Shown here: positions 19,090 to 29,124 of the stretch, one piece after another
Numbering within the stretch: position 1 is the first letter of the stretch
How the letters are laid out: each line of letters begins with the position of its first letter
From: Candidatus Aenigmatarchaeota archaeon
Lineage (GTDB): Archaea; Aenigmatarchaeota; Aenigmatarchaeia; CG10238-14
DNA: 64,000 nt
Direction: 5' to 3'
Assembly: GCA_044343545.1 (NCBI GenBank)
Contig: JAWBZR010000003.1
Coordinates: 1-64,000 of the forward strand
Notes under the pieces: model-generated
The model's input: only the letters and a program-made list of their open reading frames with translations
What the model was told of the DNA's origin: nothing
Database searches by the model: none
Translations under genes and position numbers: made by a program

Positions 19090-20220
19090 ATGGAATACTG
19101 CTTTATATTAGGAAAAAATTGGCTTCTCTCTCTTTCAGAAATAAACAATTATCTAAAAAATAGAAATCTCGATTTTGACATATTAGAGTTCAAAAAGGAA
19201 TTTGCAATAATCTCTATTGATAAACTACCAAAAAATATTATCGACGACCTTGGGGGAACAATAAAAATTTGCCAATACTTATCTGATGATTTAAATTTTT
19301 TTGAGAATTTGATTCAAGAAAAAATAAGGATCGGCATAAGCGTTTATCCTAAAAATAGAAAATTTTATGAAAACATAAAGAAGAGAATAAAAAGTTTGTT
19401 AAAGTCTCAAAAAATTAAATATACATTTGTAACGCCAAAATATCGTGGAGAAACAAGCCTGAAACACATAGAAGTATTAAAGAAGTTATTGAAAAGAAAT
19501 GGTAAAGAAATAGTTGTTTTGTTAAATGATAAGCCAAAATTCTTCCTAACTTTAATGGTTCATGACCCCCGTCAATTCATGATAAGAGATGTTTTGAGAC
19601 CAAGACAGAGAGTTACATATTCCATTCCACCACGGCTCGCAAAAATATTGATAAATCTTGTAGCCAAACCAGGTGATGTACTGCTCGATCCTTTTTGTGG
19701 TATTGGGACTATATTACAAGAAGCGTTGTTAATGAAAATAAAACCTATAGGAATTGATAAAGACGATGAATGCATAAAATATGCAAAGGAAAACATAGAA
19801 TGGATAAAGAGAAAATATATGATCGAAGGTGACGTAAAGTTAATAAACGGTGATGCCACTAGACTATCTGAATTTCTAGGCGAAAAAAGTATAGATTGTA
19901 TAGCCACCGAACCATATTTGGGACCGCCATTAAAGAAAAGGCCTACAGTCTTTGAAGCTGAAAAGATTATCAAGGAGCTTGAGGAGCTCTATCTCAATTT
20001 CTTTTATGAAGCAAAGAAGGTTTTAAAACACCAAGGTAAAATGAGTGTTGTTTTTCCTAATTTTTTAACTAACGATGGAAAGGAAATAAAAATAGATATT
20101 GAGGATTTGTGCAAGCAAAGTGGCCTGAAACAAATCGAATTGCTGCGAAATGAAAAAACCATCATAGATGCAGATGAAAAACAAAGGACAAGAAGAGAAG
20201 TAGCGCTTTTTGAAAGGTGA
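19090..20220 (+). CDS. Trm11/TrmG10-like SAM-dependent RNA methyltransferase
   Basis: IPPRLAKILIN, LLDPFCGIGTI, GDAT and ATEPYLG motifs. Confidence 0.8.
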   Translation: MEYCFILGKNWLLSLSEINNYLKNRNLDFDILEFKKEFAIISIDKLPKNIIDDLGGTIKICQYLSDDLNFFENLIQEKIRIGISVYPKNRKFYENIKKRIKSLLKSQKIKYTFVTPKYRGETSLKHIEVLKKLLKRNGKEIVVLLNDKPKFFLTLMVHDPRQFMIRDVLRPRQRVTYSIPPRLAKILINLVAKPGDVLLDPFCGIGTILQEALLMKIKPIGIDKDDECIKYAKENIEWIKRKYMIEGDVKLINGDATRLSEFLGEKSIDCIATEPYLGPPLKKRPTVFEAEKIIKELEELYLNFFYEAKKVLKHQGKMSVVFPNFLTNDGKEIKIDIEDLCKQSGLKQIELLRNEKTIIDADEKQRTRREVALFER

Positions 20221-20224
20221 AAAA

Positions 20225-20872
20225 ATGAGGAATATCGATGAAATCATAAAAATATTGAAAAAAGAGACGAAAAAATATATGAAAACTGCCATGAGTCAAA
20301 TAAAAGAAATAAATGAGAATCCTTATATGATATTGATTTCTTGCATCATAAGTCTTAGAACAAGAGATCCTGTGACTATTGAAGCAAGCAAAAAATTATT
20401 TTCTCTTGCTAAAACTCCGGAAGAAATGATAAAAGTTGATGACAAAGAAATAGAAAATGCGATTAGGCCGGCCAATTATTACAAATCAAAGGCAAAAAGA
20501 ATAAAAGAAATTTCAAGAGTTTTGGTAGAAAAGTATAACGGAAAGGTTCCAAGCGATTTCGATGAATTAATAAAACTAAAAGGTGTTGGTAGAAAAACGG
20601 CAAACATTGTTTTGAGTTATGGTTTTAACAAGCATGCGATAGCCGTTGATACCCATGTTCACAGAATTTCTAATAGGCTTGGTTTGGTCAAGACAAGAAA
20701 GCCAGAAGAAACAGAAAGGGAATTGAAAATGATTTTACCAAAAAAATATTGGAAAATATATAATGCTCTTTTGGTCGTGTGGGGGCAAAATGTATGCAAA
20801 CCAGTAAAACCTATGTGTAAAGATTGTGCCTTGAAAAATTATTGTGAATATTGGAAAATGAACAAAAACTAA
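20225..20872 (+). CDS. nth: Endonuclease III (HhH-GPD, 4Fe-4S)
   Basis: LKGVGRKTAN HhH, AVDTHVHR, and Cx6Cx2Cx5C cluster; ATG after GGTGA. Confidence 0.95.
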   Translation: MRNIDEIIKILKKETKKYMKTAMSQIKEINENPYMILISCIISLRTRDPVTIEASKKLFSLAKTPEEMIKVDDKEIENAIRPANYYKSKAKRIKEISRVLVEKYNGKVPSDFDELIKLKGVGRKTANIVLSYGFNKHAIAVDTHVHRISNRLGLVKTRKPEETERELKMILPKKYWKIYNALLVVWGQNVCKPVKPMCKDCALKNYCEYWKMNKN

Positions 20873-21394
20873 TTAAATACTTGGCTCGAAACCTGACTGT
20901 ATCCAATCTATAATCTTGGGTTTAAAACAATCATCTATTTTTTTTAATATTTCATTTAGAACTTCTATCTTACTTTTTTCAGAAACGTCTACCTCAAAAA
21001 ATGTCTTTTTACTTTCCAAAACCTCGCTGCTAATAATTCCAAGTATTTCAACATCGATGTTTTCTTTAATTTTTGACTGGTTGTTTTTGTATCTTTTTTT
21101 AAGCCTTTCAAGCAATATATCTGGTCTACATCTTAACACTATAACCAAATCTACATCAAAAAAATGCGAATAGTGAGAATCCAACACATAATTACCTTTC
21201 AATTTTTTAACTTCTTTTTTCAATTTTTTCATATCAATAATTTTTGCTTGCAAGACGTCATCGTAACCATCAAAAGCGTTGATTTTTTCTGCCAGTTCAT
21301 TTAGATTTATGTATTTCATCTTTAGTTTCTTGGCAAGCATTCTAGCTATAGTTGTCTTTCCAACGCCTGGCGTGCCAGTAATTGAAATTTTCAT
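20873..21394 (-). CDS. AK6/Fap7-family nucleotide kinase
   Basis: ITGTPGVGKTT, LDSH, VLRCRP.IL.ERL and KIKEN motifs; true start likely MKISIT at 21394. Confidence 0.88.
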   Translation of the reverse strand: MKISITGTPGVGKTTIARMLAKKLKMKYINLNELAEKINAFDGYDDVLQAKIIDMKKLKKEVKKLKGNYVLDSHYSHFFDVDLVIVLRCRPDILLERLKKRYKNNQSKIKENIDVEILGIISSEVLESKKTFFEVDVSEKSKIEVLNEILKKIDDCFKPKIIDWIQSGFEPSI

Positions 21395-21440
21395 CAAAAT
21401 TAATTTTGAATTGTTAAATATTAAAAATTGAAATATAATA

Positions 21441-22397
21441 ATGGTTAGTATGGATGTTGTTTGGACCGAAAAGTATAGACCAAAGAGACTTGATGATATC
21501 ATCAATCAAGCCCACGTTGTAGAGAGATTAAAAGCTTTTGTTAAAAAGAAAAGTTTACCTCATTGTCTCTTTTCAGGTCCACCAGGAACGGGGAAGACCA
21601 CGGCTACTTTTGCCTTGGCACACGATTTATATGGAGAAAACTGGAAACAAAATTTATTGGAACTTAATGCGAGCGATGAAAGAGGAATAGATGTTATAAG
21701 AGGAAAAGTGAAGGATTTCGCAAAAACAAAACCTATAACAGATGTTCCTTTTAAAATAGTCATGCTAGACGAAGCAGATGCCTTAACAGCAGAAGCACAA
21801 CATGCATTGAGAAGAACAATGGAAGCTTATGCTACGACAACAAGATTTGTTTTGCTTTGCAATTATTCTAGTAAAATAATTGAACCGATACAAAGTAGAT
21901 GTGCAGTTTTTAGGTTCAAACCATTGGGTGAGAGTGATGTCAAAACATTTATCCAAAGAATTGTTACAAATGAAAAATTACAAATAACTGAAGATGGGAT
22001 TAATGCGATTATAAATCTTGCTGAAGGTGATTTGAGAAAGGTTGCTAACATACTTCAAGCAGCATCTTCCATAAAAGAAAAAATAACTGAAGATGTTATT
22101 TATGATGTGGTTTCTGAAGCAAAACCAAAAGATGTGAAAGAATTATTAACTTTTGTTTTTAATAGAGATTTCAAAAATTCAAAAAAAATTTTATATAAAC
22201 TTTTGTATTCTCAAGGTTTAGCTGCAGAGGATATAATAAAAGAAATGCATAGACAAATATTTGAGATGGAAATTTCTGAAGAAAAAAAATTAGAATCTAT
22301 AAAACTGTTAGCCGAATATGATTTTAGAATTAGCGAAGGTGGAAACGAACTCATACAATTAGAAGCTTTAATAGCTCAAATGATGTTGATAAAGTGA
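21441..22397 (+). CDS. rfcS: Replication factor C small subunit
   Basis: WTEKYRP, GPPGTGKT, ELNASDERG, LDEAD and QSRC motifs. Confidence 0.97.
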   Translation: MVSMDVVWTEKYRPKRLDDIINQAHVVERLKAFVKKKSLPHCLFSGPPGTGKTTATFALAHDLYGENWKQNLLELNASDERGIDVIRGKVKDFAKTKPITDVPFKIVMLDEADALTAEAQHALRRTMEAYATTTRFVLLCNYSSKIIEPIQSRCAVFRFKPLGESDVKTFIQRIVTNEKLQITEDGINAIINLAEGDLRKVANILQAASSIKEKITEDVIYDVVSEAKPKDVKELLTFVFNRDFKNSKKILYKLLYSQGLAAEDIIKEMHRQIFEMEISEEKKLESIKLLAEYDFRISEGGNELIQLEALIAQMMLIK

Positions 22398-22403
22398 ACG
22401 GTT

Positions 22404-23048
22404 ATGATGTGGCTTTTTGAAATATTAAAGAAACGTTCTTGGAAAGTTTACGCATTTATGTTCGGCGTATTTTTGTTTTTCCTTATATTTTCTTACTTTT
22501 CATCTCAATATTTAATTGAAACTGAACCGGAAAAAGTCAAAGAATTTTTGGATCAAATAAGCTCGTCACCATTGATTGTAAAATTCAAAAATCTTCAAAA
22601 TGAAGGAAAATATGATGAAATAGCTTTGTTGATATTCATACATAACTCTCAAATAGCATTAATTAATTACTTTTTTGGTATAGGTTTTGTTTTTTCTGTA
22701 ATTCTCCAAGCATCGAACGGATTTCTTTTAGGTTTTCTATTAGGAACATACAACTATTTACATTATCATCCTATTCAAATTCTTGAAATTTTTATTGTGA
22801 TGATTCTAGAAGTTACGGCAATAACGGCAATAGCAGTTGAAGGTATGTATTTGACTTATACTTTTATTAGACCGAAAAGAATGTGGAACACGAACAAAAA
22901 AATGAAAGCGATTAAAAAAACGCTCTCGCAATCTTTGAAAATTATTCTTTTATCGATTTTAATCTTATTAATCTCGGCAATAATAGAAACACTTTTTATA
23001 TACTATGAAGCATCAAAAAGTATTGAACCAATAATAATAGGAGTATAG
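22404..23048 (+). CDS. SpoIIM/DUF95-like membrane protein
   Basis: Multi-TM; IFIHN, NGFLLG and ISAIIE motifs. Confidence 0.65.
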   Translation: MMWLFEILKKRSWKVYAFMFGVFLFFLIFSYFSSQYLIETEPEKVKEFLDQISSSPLIVKFKNLQNEGKYDEIALLIFIHNSQIALINYFFGIGFVFSVILQASNGFLLGFLLGTYNYLHYHPIQILEIFIVMILEVTAITAIAVEGMYLTYTFIRPKRMWNTNKKMKAIKKTLSQSLKIILLSILILLISAIIETLFIYYEASKSIEPIIIGV

Positions 23049-23052
23049 ATAT

Positions 23053-24186
23053 ATGTGGGTTCAAAAATATCAACCAAAAAAATTAGATGAAATTGTTGGT
23101 CAAGATCTCGCAAAGGAAAAATTTTTAAAATGGATTGAAAATTGGAAACCTGGAAGTAAGCCTGCCCTTCTATATGGACCTATAGGTGTTGGAAAGACTA
23201 GCATGATTTATGCTTACGCTAAAGAAAAAAACTTGGATGTGATTGAATTAAATGCATCGGATTATAGAACTGCAAAAAAAATTAACGAAGTTATAGGTGC
23301 TTCTTTAAAACAAAAATCTATATTTAAAAAAGGTAAAATATTTTTGATAGATGAAATAGATGGATTAACATTGGAAGATAAAGGTGGAATTAACGAAATT
23401 CTCAAATTAATTAAAGATTCGCAACATCCAATAGTTTTTATAGCAAACGATGTTTGGAATAAAAAAATTTCGAAAATAAAAGAAATTTGCGTTGAAATTC
23501 CTTTTAATTCCATATCTTATTGGGACATATTAAAGATTTTAAGAAAAATATGTGAAAGTGAGAAAATAAAACATGATGAAGAGATACTAAAATATATAGC
23601 AAAAATATCTTCAGGTGATTTGAGGTCAGCTATTAACGATTTGGAAGCCATTTCCTCTGGGAAAAATTCGATAACCATAAAAGATGCTTCCAACATAAGC
23701 TTTAGAGAAAGAGAAACAGAAATTTTTGATGCACTGAAAATTATATTTAAAACTAATAATGTATCGGCTTCGAAAACATCCATACAAAATATTGATAGAG
23801 ATCTTGAAGAAATTTTTTGGTGGATAGAAGAAAATATAGCAAATGAATATGAAAAAATAGAAGAAATCGCCTCAGCATATAATATGCTTTCTATTGCCGA
23901 CATATACCTAAACAGATCAAAAAGTAAAAGAAATTACAAGCTAATGAAATATTTTATCGATTTTATGACTGCAGGTATCTCTCTATCAAAAAAACAACAA
24001 TATAAAAAATTTGTAAAATACCAATATCCTACTATGATAAAATTTTTGAGCTTAACAAAAGATTCAAGAAAGGAAGAAAAGGAAAATATACTTGAATTAT
24101 CTAAAAAATTGCATTGCTCGACAAGAAAAATAAAGACATATTACCTTCCATTTTTAAAATTTTTATCTCGGGACGATAAAGGATGA
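23053..24186 (+). CDS. rfcL: Replication factor C large subunit
   Basis: WVQKYQP, GPIGVGKT, ELNASD, IDEIDG, GDLRSAINDL and WIEEN motifs. Confidence 0.95.
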   Translation: MWVQKYQPKKLDEIVGQDLAKEKFLKWIENWKPGSKPALLYGPIGVGKTSMIYAYAKEKNLDVIELNASDYRTAKKINEVIGASLKQKSIFKKGKIFLIDEIDGLTLEDKGGINEILKLIKDSQHPIVFIANDVWNKKISKIKEICVEIPFNSISYWDILKILRKICESEKIKHDEEILKYIAKISSGDLRSAINDLEAISSGKNSITIKDASNISFRERETEIFDALKIIFKTNNVSASKTSIQNIDRDLEEIFWWIEENIANEYEKIEEIASAYNMLSIADIYLNRSKSKRNYKLMKYFIDFMTAGISLSKKQQYKKFVKYQYPTMIKFLSLTKDSRKEEKENILELSKKLHCSTRKIKTYYLPFLKFLSRDDKG

Positions 24187-24540
24187 TGAAAGACTTACTC
24201 TATGAGAGTATAAAGATATATTAAAACTCACTTCGGTTGTTGTGTTATCATATTCAATGAAAATTATATAACCATTCTCCCTCGCTACTTTTTCCGTATA
24301 ATTTTTGAACTCATATAAATTTCGAATCAAATCGTTTGGATTATTTTGTTGAGTAATTTTTACAGTTTTAATAGCATTTTCTCTTACATTATTAAAGAAA
24401 AATATTTCGGGTAATGAAGCATACTTGGATGTATCAACAAAACTATAAGGGTTAATGTATTTGCCTAATATATAGAAAAGGCCTGCAAGTATTACGGCCA
24501 TTAATATAAAAAACTGTGCTTTATTGGATATATTGGGCAT
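24163..24540 (-). CDS. Small pilin-like protein (class III signal peptide)
   Basis: NKA/QFFILMAVILAGLFY. Confidence 0.6.
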   Translation of the reverse strand: MPNISNKAQFFILMAVILAGLFYILGKYINPYSFVDTSKYASLPEIFFFNNVRENAIKTVKITQQNNPNDLIRNLYEFKNYTEKVARENGYIIFIEYDNTTTEVSFNISLYSHRVSLSSSFIVPR

Positions 24541-24811
24541 GAGGTACACCACTAATTATGATTATGTTTTCTTCTGCAATATATTTTTTCTTTATAGCCA
24601 AAGAAACTATTCTTTCACCAACCAAGTTTCCTATATTTGAATTTTCAAGAAGATTTAAAGCTTCATCTTCATTTATTATTTTTCCTCCATAAAATTTTCT
24701 ACTTATGTGAAACTTTGTATCCTCAAAATCAAGAGTTTTTTCTATTAATTCCTCATCACATATCGCAACAACTATTTGATCTTTTACCTTGTAAACTTTC
24801 GACCAAAACAT
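24521..24811 (-). CDS. DUF424-family protein
   Basis: VVAICDEEL, FYGG, NLVG and GVPHAQ motifs. Confidence 0.85.
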   Translation of the reverse strand: MFWSKVYKVKDQIVVAICDEELIEKTLDFEDTKFHISRKFYGGKIINEDEALNLLENSNIGNLVGERIVSLAIKKKYIAEENIIIISGVPHAQYIQ

Positions 24812-24852
24812 TAAATAAAATTTTGGAAAAAAATATTAAAATTGATTTATGG

Positions 24853-27234
24853 CTATATTGCTGTTACTCGTGTGATTTGACTATATTCATCTTCATCTTT
24901 ATTTCTATGAATCCTATAAATTTCTCCCGTAGCAGCAGCCTCTAAATGAGGATTATGGGTTATTATAAATACTTGACTAACAAATTCTTTTATTCTATCT
25001 CTTAAAGCATCGGCCATTTGTAACACGGATTTTTCATCCAAACTTTCGGTGGGTTCATCAAGTATCAACCAATTAAGATGAGGTACTAACACTATAGAGA
25101 ATGCTATCCTTAGTGCTAAGCAAGCCATTCTGCTTTCTCCGCCAGACAAATTTTCTACATCTACCCATTCTCTTTTCTTATTTAACAATTGTAACATATA
25201 ATTTCCATCTTCGACGGCCATCCTTATATCTACATAATCTCCATAAGGATATAATTCTTGCCATATTTCAGACATCTTGTTGTTGACCGATTCGATAAAT
25301 TCAATCCTTAACTCAGATTGTGTTTTCTGTAAAGCTTCCTCGAAAGCATTTAAATTTTTAATAGCTTTTTCCAGCTTTAGCATATAATTTTTTTGAGAAA
25401 TAACTTTTTCAAATTCAAATTTTAATTTCTCCAAGAGATTTTTTCTATCATTCAAGCTTTTAACTTTCTCTTCATAAAGAGTTTTTTTCTTTATTAGCAT
25501 ATCTCTTGAGTTTTCATACTCTCTTTTCAAATCGTCATAATTTAATTTATTTAGCAAGCTCTCATACTCTATTTTTTTGTTTTCTTCAAAATTTATTTCG
25601 CTCATTATTTTTTCGATATCCGCTTTCAAGTCTTCAAGTTCTTTCGCTTTTTCAATTAAACTTTGAACTTGCAACATTTTAGCTTTTGCCTGATCTATTT
25701 GCTTCTCCAGTCTTTGCAAATTATCTTTGCTCGTCGTTAAATTAGAATCTAATTCCAAAAGTATGTTTTCAAAATTTTTTATCTTGCTTTCATTTTCTTC
25801 ATATTCTTTTAACAACTCTTCTTTTTTATCTAAATATACCTTCGCTTCTTCCATTTTTTTCGCATCAGACTCTATCTTTTCTATCTCCAACTCTAAATTT
25901 TTCTTTTCATTTTTCTTAACTTCCAATTCACTTGATATTTTTTGAATTTCTTCTTTTTTATGAATCAATAACTGATGTTTGTTTTCTTTAGATATTAGCG
26001 AACCACAAACAGGACATTTGTTTTCTGTTTTTTCAAGTTGTGAAAATATGTTATCAACATCTTGTTTTTTATATTCTAAAAAAGAAATTTCTGAGTTTAA
26101 ATCTTCTAACTTTTTTCTTTTTTCTTTAATAATATCTCTCACATTTTCTCCATAAATGGATAAAAGACTGTTAAAAACATTTATATGTTTCTCTATATTT
26201 TTCAATTCTCTCTCAATATCAGCATTTCTATTTTTAAGTATTTTGCAATTGTTTTCGTTTTTGATCTTTTCTGAGAAAATTTTTTCATACATACTTTTTT
26301 CTTCAACAAATTCTTTTTCGTATATTTTCAACTCTTCAAAATATGTTTTATTTTTTTCGTTCATTTTTGCTATATCTTCGTTTTCTAACATTTTCATTAA
26401 TTTCTCTTTCCTTTCAAGTTTTTCACTCAAAATTTTCTTTAAGCCTTTCAATCTCTCCATCAATCTCTCCAACTCAAATTTTTTTTCTTCAACTTCCTTT
26501 AATTTTACCTGTTTTTCTTCAACAATCAATTTCAATTCTTCTATATTTTTTAAAATGTTGTTAATTTCAATTTCATCAGCACTTATTTTTGCAGACAAAT
26601 CATCAATTTCTCTTTTTTTACCCTCTATATCTTCTTCAGACAGGATTCTTTGCAAACTTGACTTTTCAGCCTCCATTTTTGTTCTCAAATTCACCGTAGC
26701 TGATCTTGCTCTCTCAAAATCATCTATTCGAAGCAAATTATCTATTTTTTTAGCTCTCTCACTTGGTGAAAGTCTTATGAAATAATCTATATTATTTTGT
26801 TCAGAATATATTGCCCTGCTAAACAATTCATAATCTACTTTTAATATTTTTTCTATAGCTTCAGTGACCCTCCTAGTATTTGGTCCTTCTATCAACTTAT
26901 ATTCTACATTCTCTCTCTTTCTCAGCTCTGAATATGTCGTGCCTTTATCCCTTTCAATAACTCTATAAACTGAATAGTCTTTACCTTCATAAGAAAATTC
27001 TAGTTCAACCCTAGCTTCATTTAGCTTTATTGGTTTATTAGTAATCATATCCTCCAAATTTTGCTTTCTCGATTGAACTTTCGGTAAAGTTCCGAATAAA
27101 GCAAAAGAAATGGCATCCATAATAGAACTTTTACCTGCACCGTTTATGCCAACAATCACATTAGTTCCGTCACTAAACTCAAGAACATTATCTTTATGCA
27201 TTTTCCAATTAACCAACCTTATTCTCTTTATCAT
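24853..27234 (-). CDS. rad50: DNA double-strand break repair ATPase Rad50
   Basis: GINGAGKSS, Q-loop SEQN, zinc hook CPVCG, LSGGE, ILDEPT and ITH motifs; long coiled coil. Confidence 0.95.
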   Translation of the reverse strand: MIKRIRLVNWKMHKDNVLEFSDGTNVIVGINGAGKSSIMDAISFALFGTLPKVQSRKQNLEDMITNKPIKLNEARVELEFSYEGKDYSVYRVIERDKGTTYSELRKRENVEYKLIEGPNTRRVTEAIEKILKVDYELFSRAIYSEQNNIDYFIRLSPSERAKKIDNLLRIDDFERARSATVNLRTKMEAEKSSLQRILSEEDIEGKKREIDDLSAKISADEIEINNILKNIEELKLIVEEKQVKLKEVEEKKFELERLMERLKGLKKILSEKLERKEKLMKMLENEDIAKMNEKNKTYFEELKIYEKEFVEEKSMYEKIFSEKIKNENNCKILKNRNADIERELKNIEKHINVFNSLLSIYGENVRDIIKEKRKKLEDLNSEISFLEYKKQDVDNIFSQLEKTENKCPVCGSLISKENKHQLLIHKKEEIQKISSELEVKKNEKKNLELEIEKIESDAKKMEEAKVYLDKKEELLKEYEENESKIKNFENILLELDSNLTTSKDNLQRLEKQIDQAKAKMLQVQSLIEKAKELEDLKADIEKIMSEINFEENKKIEYESLLNKLNYDDLKREYENSRDMLIKKKTLYEEKVKSLNDRKNLLEKLKFEFEKVISQKNYMLKLEKAIKNLNAFEEALQKTQSELRIEFIESVNNKMSEIWQELYPYGDYVDIRMAVEDGNYMLQLLNKKREWVDVENLSGGESRMACLALRIAFSIVLVPHLNWLILDEPTESLDEKSVLQMADALRDRIKEFVSQVFIITHNPHLEAAATGEIYRIHRNKDEDEYSQITRVTAI

Positions 27235-27854
27235 ATCTTTACACCCAACTTTTTAAGGTCTAACAATAACTGTTTTGGATTCTTATAAACTATGCCATTT
27301 ATTCCCAACTTGATTGCTGCCTCTACGTTTTTCTTCTTGTCATCTATGAATATGCATTCTTTCGGTTTTGCATTGATTCTTTCAAGCATCATGATGTAAA
27401 TTTCTTTATTAGGTTTAGATATTCCAACATCGCAAGAATTTATAACTACATCAAAATATTTGTAAAAATCATATTTTTTGTTAATCTCTTCGAGCCATGC
27501 ATTATTGTTTGTCAAAAGTCCAAGCTTATAATTTTTTTTAAGATTTTTTATGATGTTTATCACGGGCTCTATAGGCTTGTTTAAGGATATTATTTCTTTT
27601 TTTAATTCAGTTTCATCAAAATCGTAACCCGTTACCTTTTTTATCTTCTTCCAAAACACACTTTCACTTATTTTACCCAAATTAAATTCTTCTACAAGCA
27701 TCCTTATTTTTTTTCTCTTTTTAAAATTAAGCAAAAGTGAAAGGATCTTTATCTTTGAAATTTTTGAATTAAACAAAGCTTCTAACAAAAGTTGATTTGT
27801 TGTGCCGGGATAAAAACAAACACCGCCAAAATCAAATATTATCGCTTTTATCAT
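27231..27854 (-). CDS. HAD-family phosphatase (YihX-like)
   Basis: IIFDFGGV, LTNN, KP and FIDDK..NV motifs. Confidence 0.88.
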   Translation of the reverse strand: MIKAIIFDFGGVCFYPGTTNQLLLEALFNSKISKIKILSLLLNFKKRKKIRMLVEEFNLGKISESVFWKKIKKVTGYDFDETELKKEIISLNKPIEPVINIIKNLKKNYKLGLLTNNNAWLEEINKKYDFYKYFDVVINSCDVGISKPNKEIYIMMLERINAKPKECIFIDDKKKNVEAAIKLGINGIVYKNPKQLLLDLKKLGVKI

Positions 27855-29049
27855 CCACCAATCCCTCCAAAATAAGTTTCTTAGCTTTCTCTAAATCTCC
27901 GCCAGACATGTAACTGTATAATTGCAAAAAATCAATTTTATCATCAAAACCTACTTTTCTTATATTTTCTTCCAAAATTTTTATTCCCAATTCTTCAATT
28001 GAAATTTTAGATTCTCTCGCTTCTCTAAGAATTTGAACCTTTTTTTCTAGAAACTCTCCAGTCAACTCTTTAGAATATTTTATTATAAATTCATTAGAAT
28101 ATTCGTCTATTATATTTTTCATATCCTTATCAACGCTCAAAAGTCTGTTGTATTTAAGTTTTATTTTGAACAGAGGTTTCTTCTGATAGTTTCCTCTATG
28201 CTTTTCTATAACTTCCTTTATTTGCTCTCCTATACTTCTCTCCTCTTTTATTTCAATTTCTTCATATATGAACTTTCTTTGACCCTTTATAGGTTCAAAT
28301 TCCACTTTTTCTTCTGGAAGCAAGAGTTTATAAATGCCCTTTTCAGCCTGCTCCTCTTTTTTAGCTTGCGTGACGATTGTACTACCAGCAAGGATTATTT
28401 TCTTATCACCGATTTTTTCAAACCTCGAAGAATGAATATGACCGTTAATTATGAGATCAAAACCTTCCGGCAAAGAGTCGATTGTGAGAGTGGACGGTTC
28501 TGCAGGCGAATATATAAATGGCACAATGTTTTGATGAAGCAAGAGTATATTATAGCATCCTTCTTTAGGTTGAGGTGACCATTCTTCTAAAATTTGTGAA
28601 GCATATCTTTCTGGCACACCAGACATGCCTTGAATTGCCACTTTTATGCCATTTTTTTCGAAAATCAGACCATTCTTGTGTAAGTGATATAGCAATCCTG
28701 CTGACTCTAGAAGTTGTACAGCATTATATTGTTCCCTTCCGACCCTTTCATGCGTTCCGTGTAGAGCTATGACAGGTATACCTTCGTGTTGTTTGACAAC
28801 ATTCTTTTTAATAGATTCGAACAATCTTGTCTCGGTTTTAACGGTTGATGGTATTGAAAATATTTGAACGGCCCTTGTTAATATATCTGGCTTTGGAAAT
28901 CTGTTATCAAATATATCACCACACACTATTATTAGGTCGCTATCTAGGCTTTGTTCCATTGCTTGTCTTGCCTGCTCAAAACTATCGTTTTCAAGTGGTG
29001 TATTTAGGGCAAAACCCAGATGTAAATCAGAAAATATGGAAATTTTCAT
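27832..29049 (-). CDS. mre11: Mre11 nuclease
   Basis: SDLHLG, GDIFD, HGTHE, LLHQ and GHIH metallophosphoesterase motifs; upstream of rad50. Confidence 0.92.
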   Translation of the reverse strand: MKISIFSDLHLGFALNTPLENDSFEQARQAMEQSLDSDLIIVCGDIFDNRFPKPDILTRAVQIFSIPSTVKTETRLFESIKKNVVKQHEGIPVIALHGTHERVGREQYNAVQLLESAGLLYHLHKNGLIFEKNGIKVAIQGMSGVPERYASQILEEWSPQPKEGCYNILLLHQNIVPFIYSPAEPSTLTIDSLPEGFDLIINGHIHSSRFEKIGDKKIILAGSTIVTQAKKEEQAEKGIYKLLLPEEKVEFEPIKGQRKFIYEEIEIKEERSIGEQIKEVIEKHRGNYQKKPLFKIKLKYNRLLSVDKDMKNIIDEYSNEFIIKYSKELTGEFLEKKVQILREARESKISIEELGIKILEENIRKVGFDDKIDFLQLYSYMSGGDLEKAKKLILEGLVDDKSDNI

Positions 29050-29124
29050 GATTAATTTGTATCAAAATAAAAAGATTAATTTTTGCACTTATTGCTTTTA
29101 AAAACAAAAAACCATATATTGTTT

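Noticed and set aside
26156..26785. 209-aa plus-strand ORF, and similar Phe/Ser-rich ORFs such as 33034-33702
   Set aside because: Antisense shadows of Lys/Glu-rich coiled-coil genes
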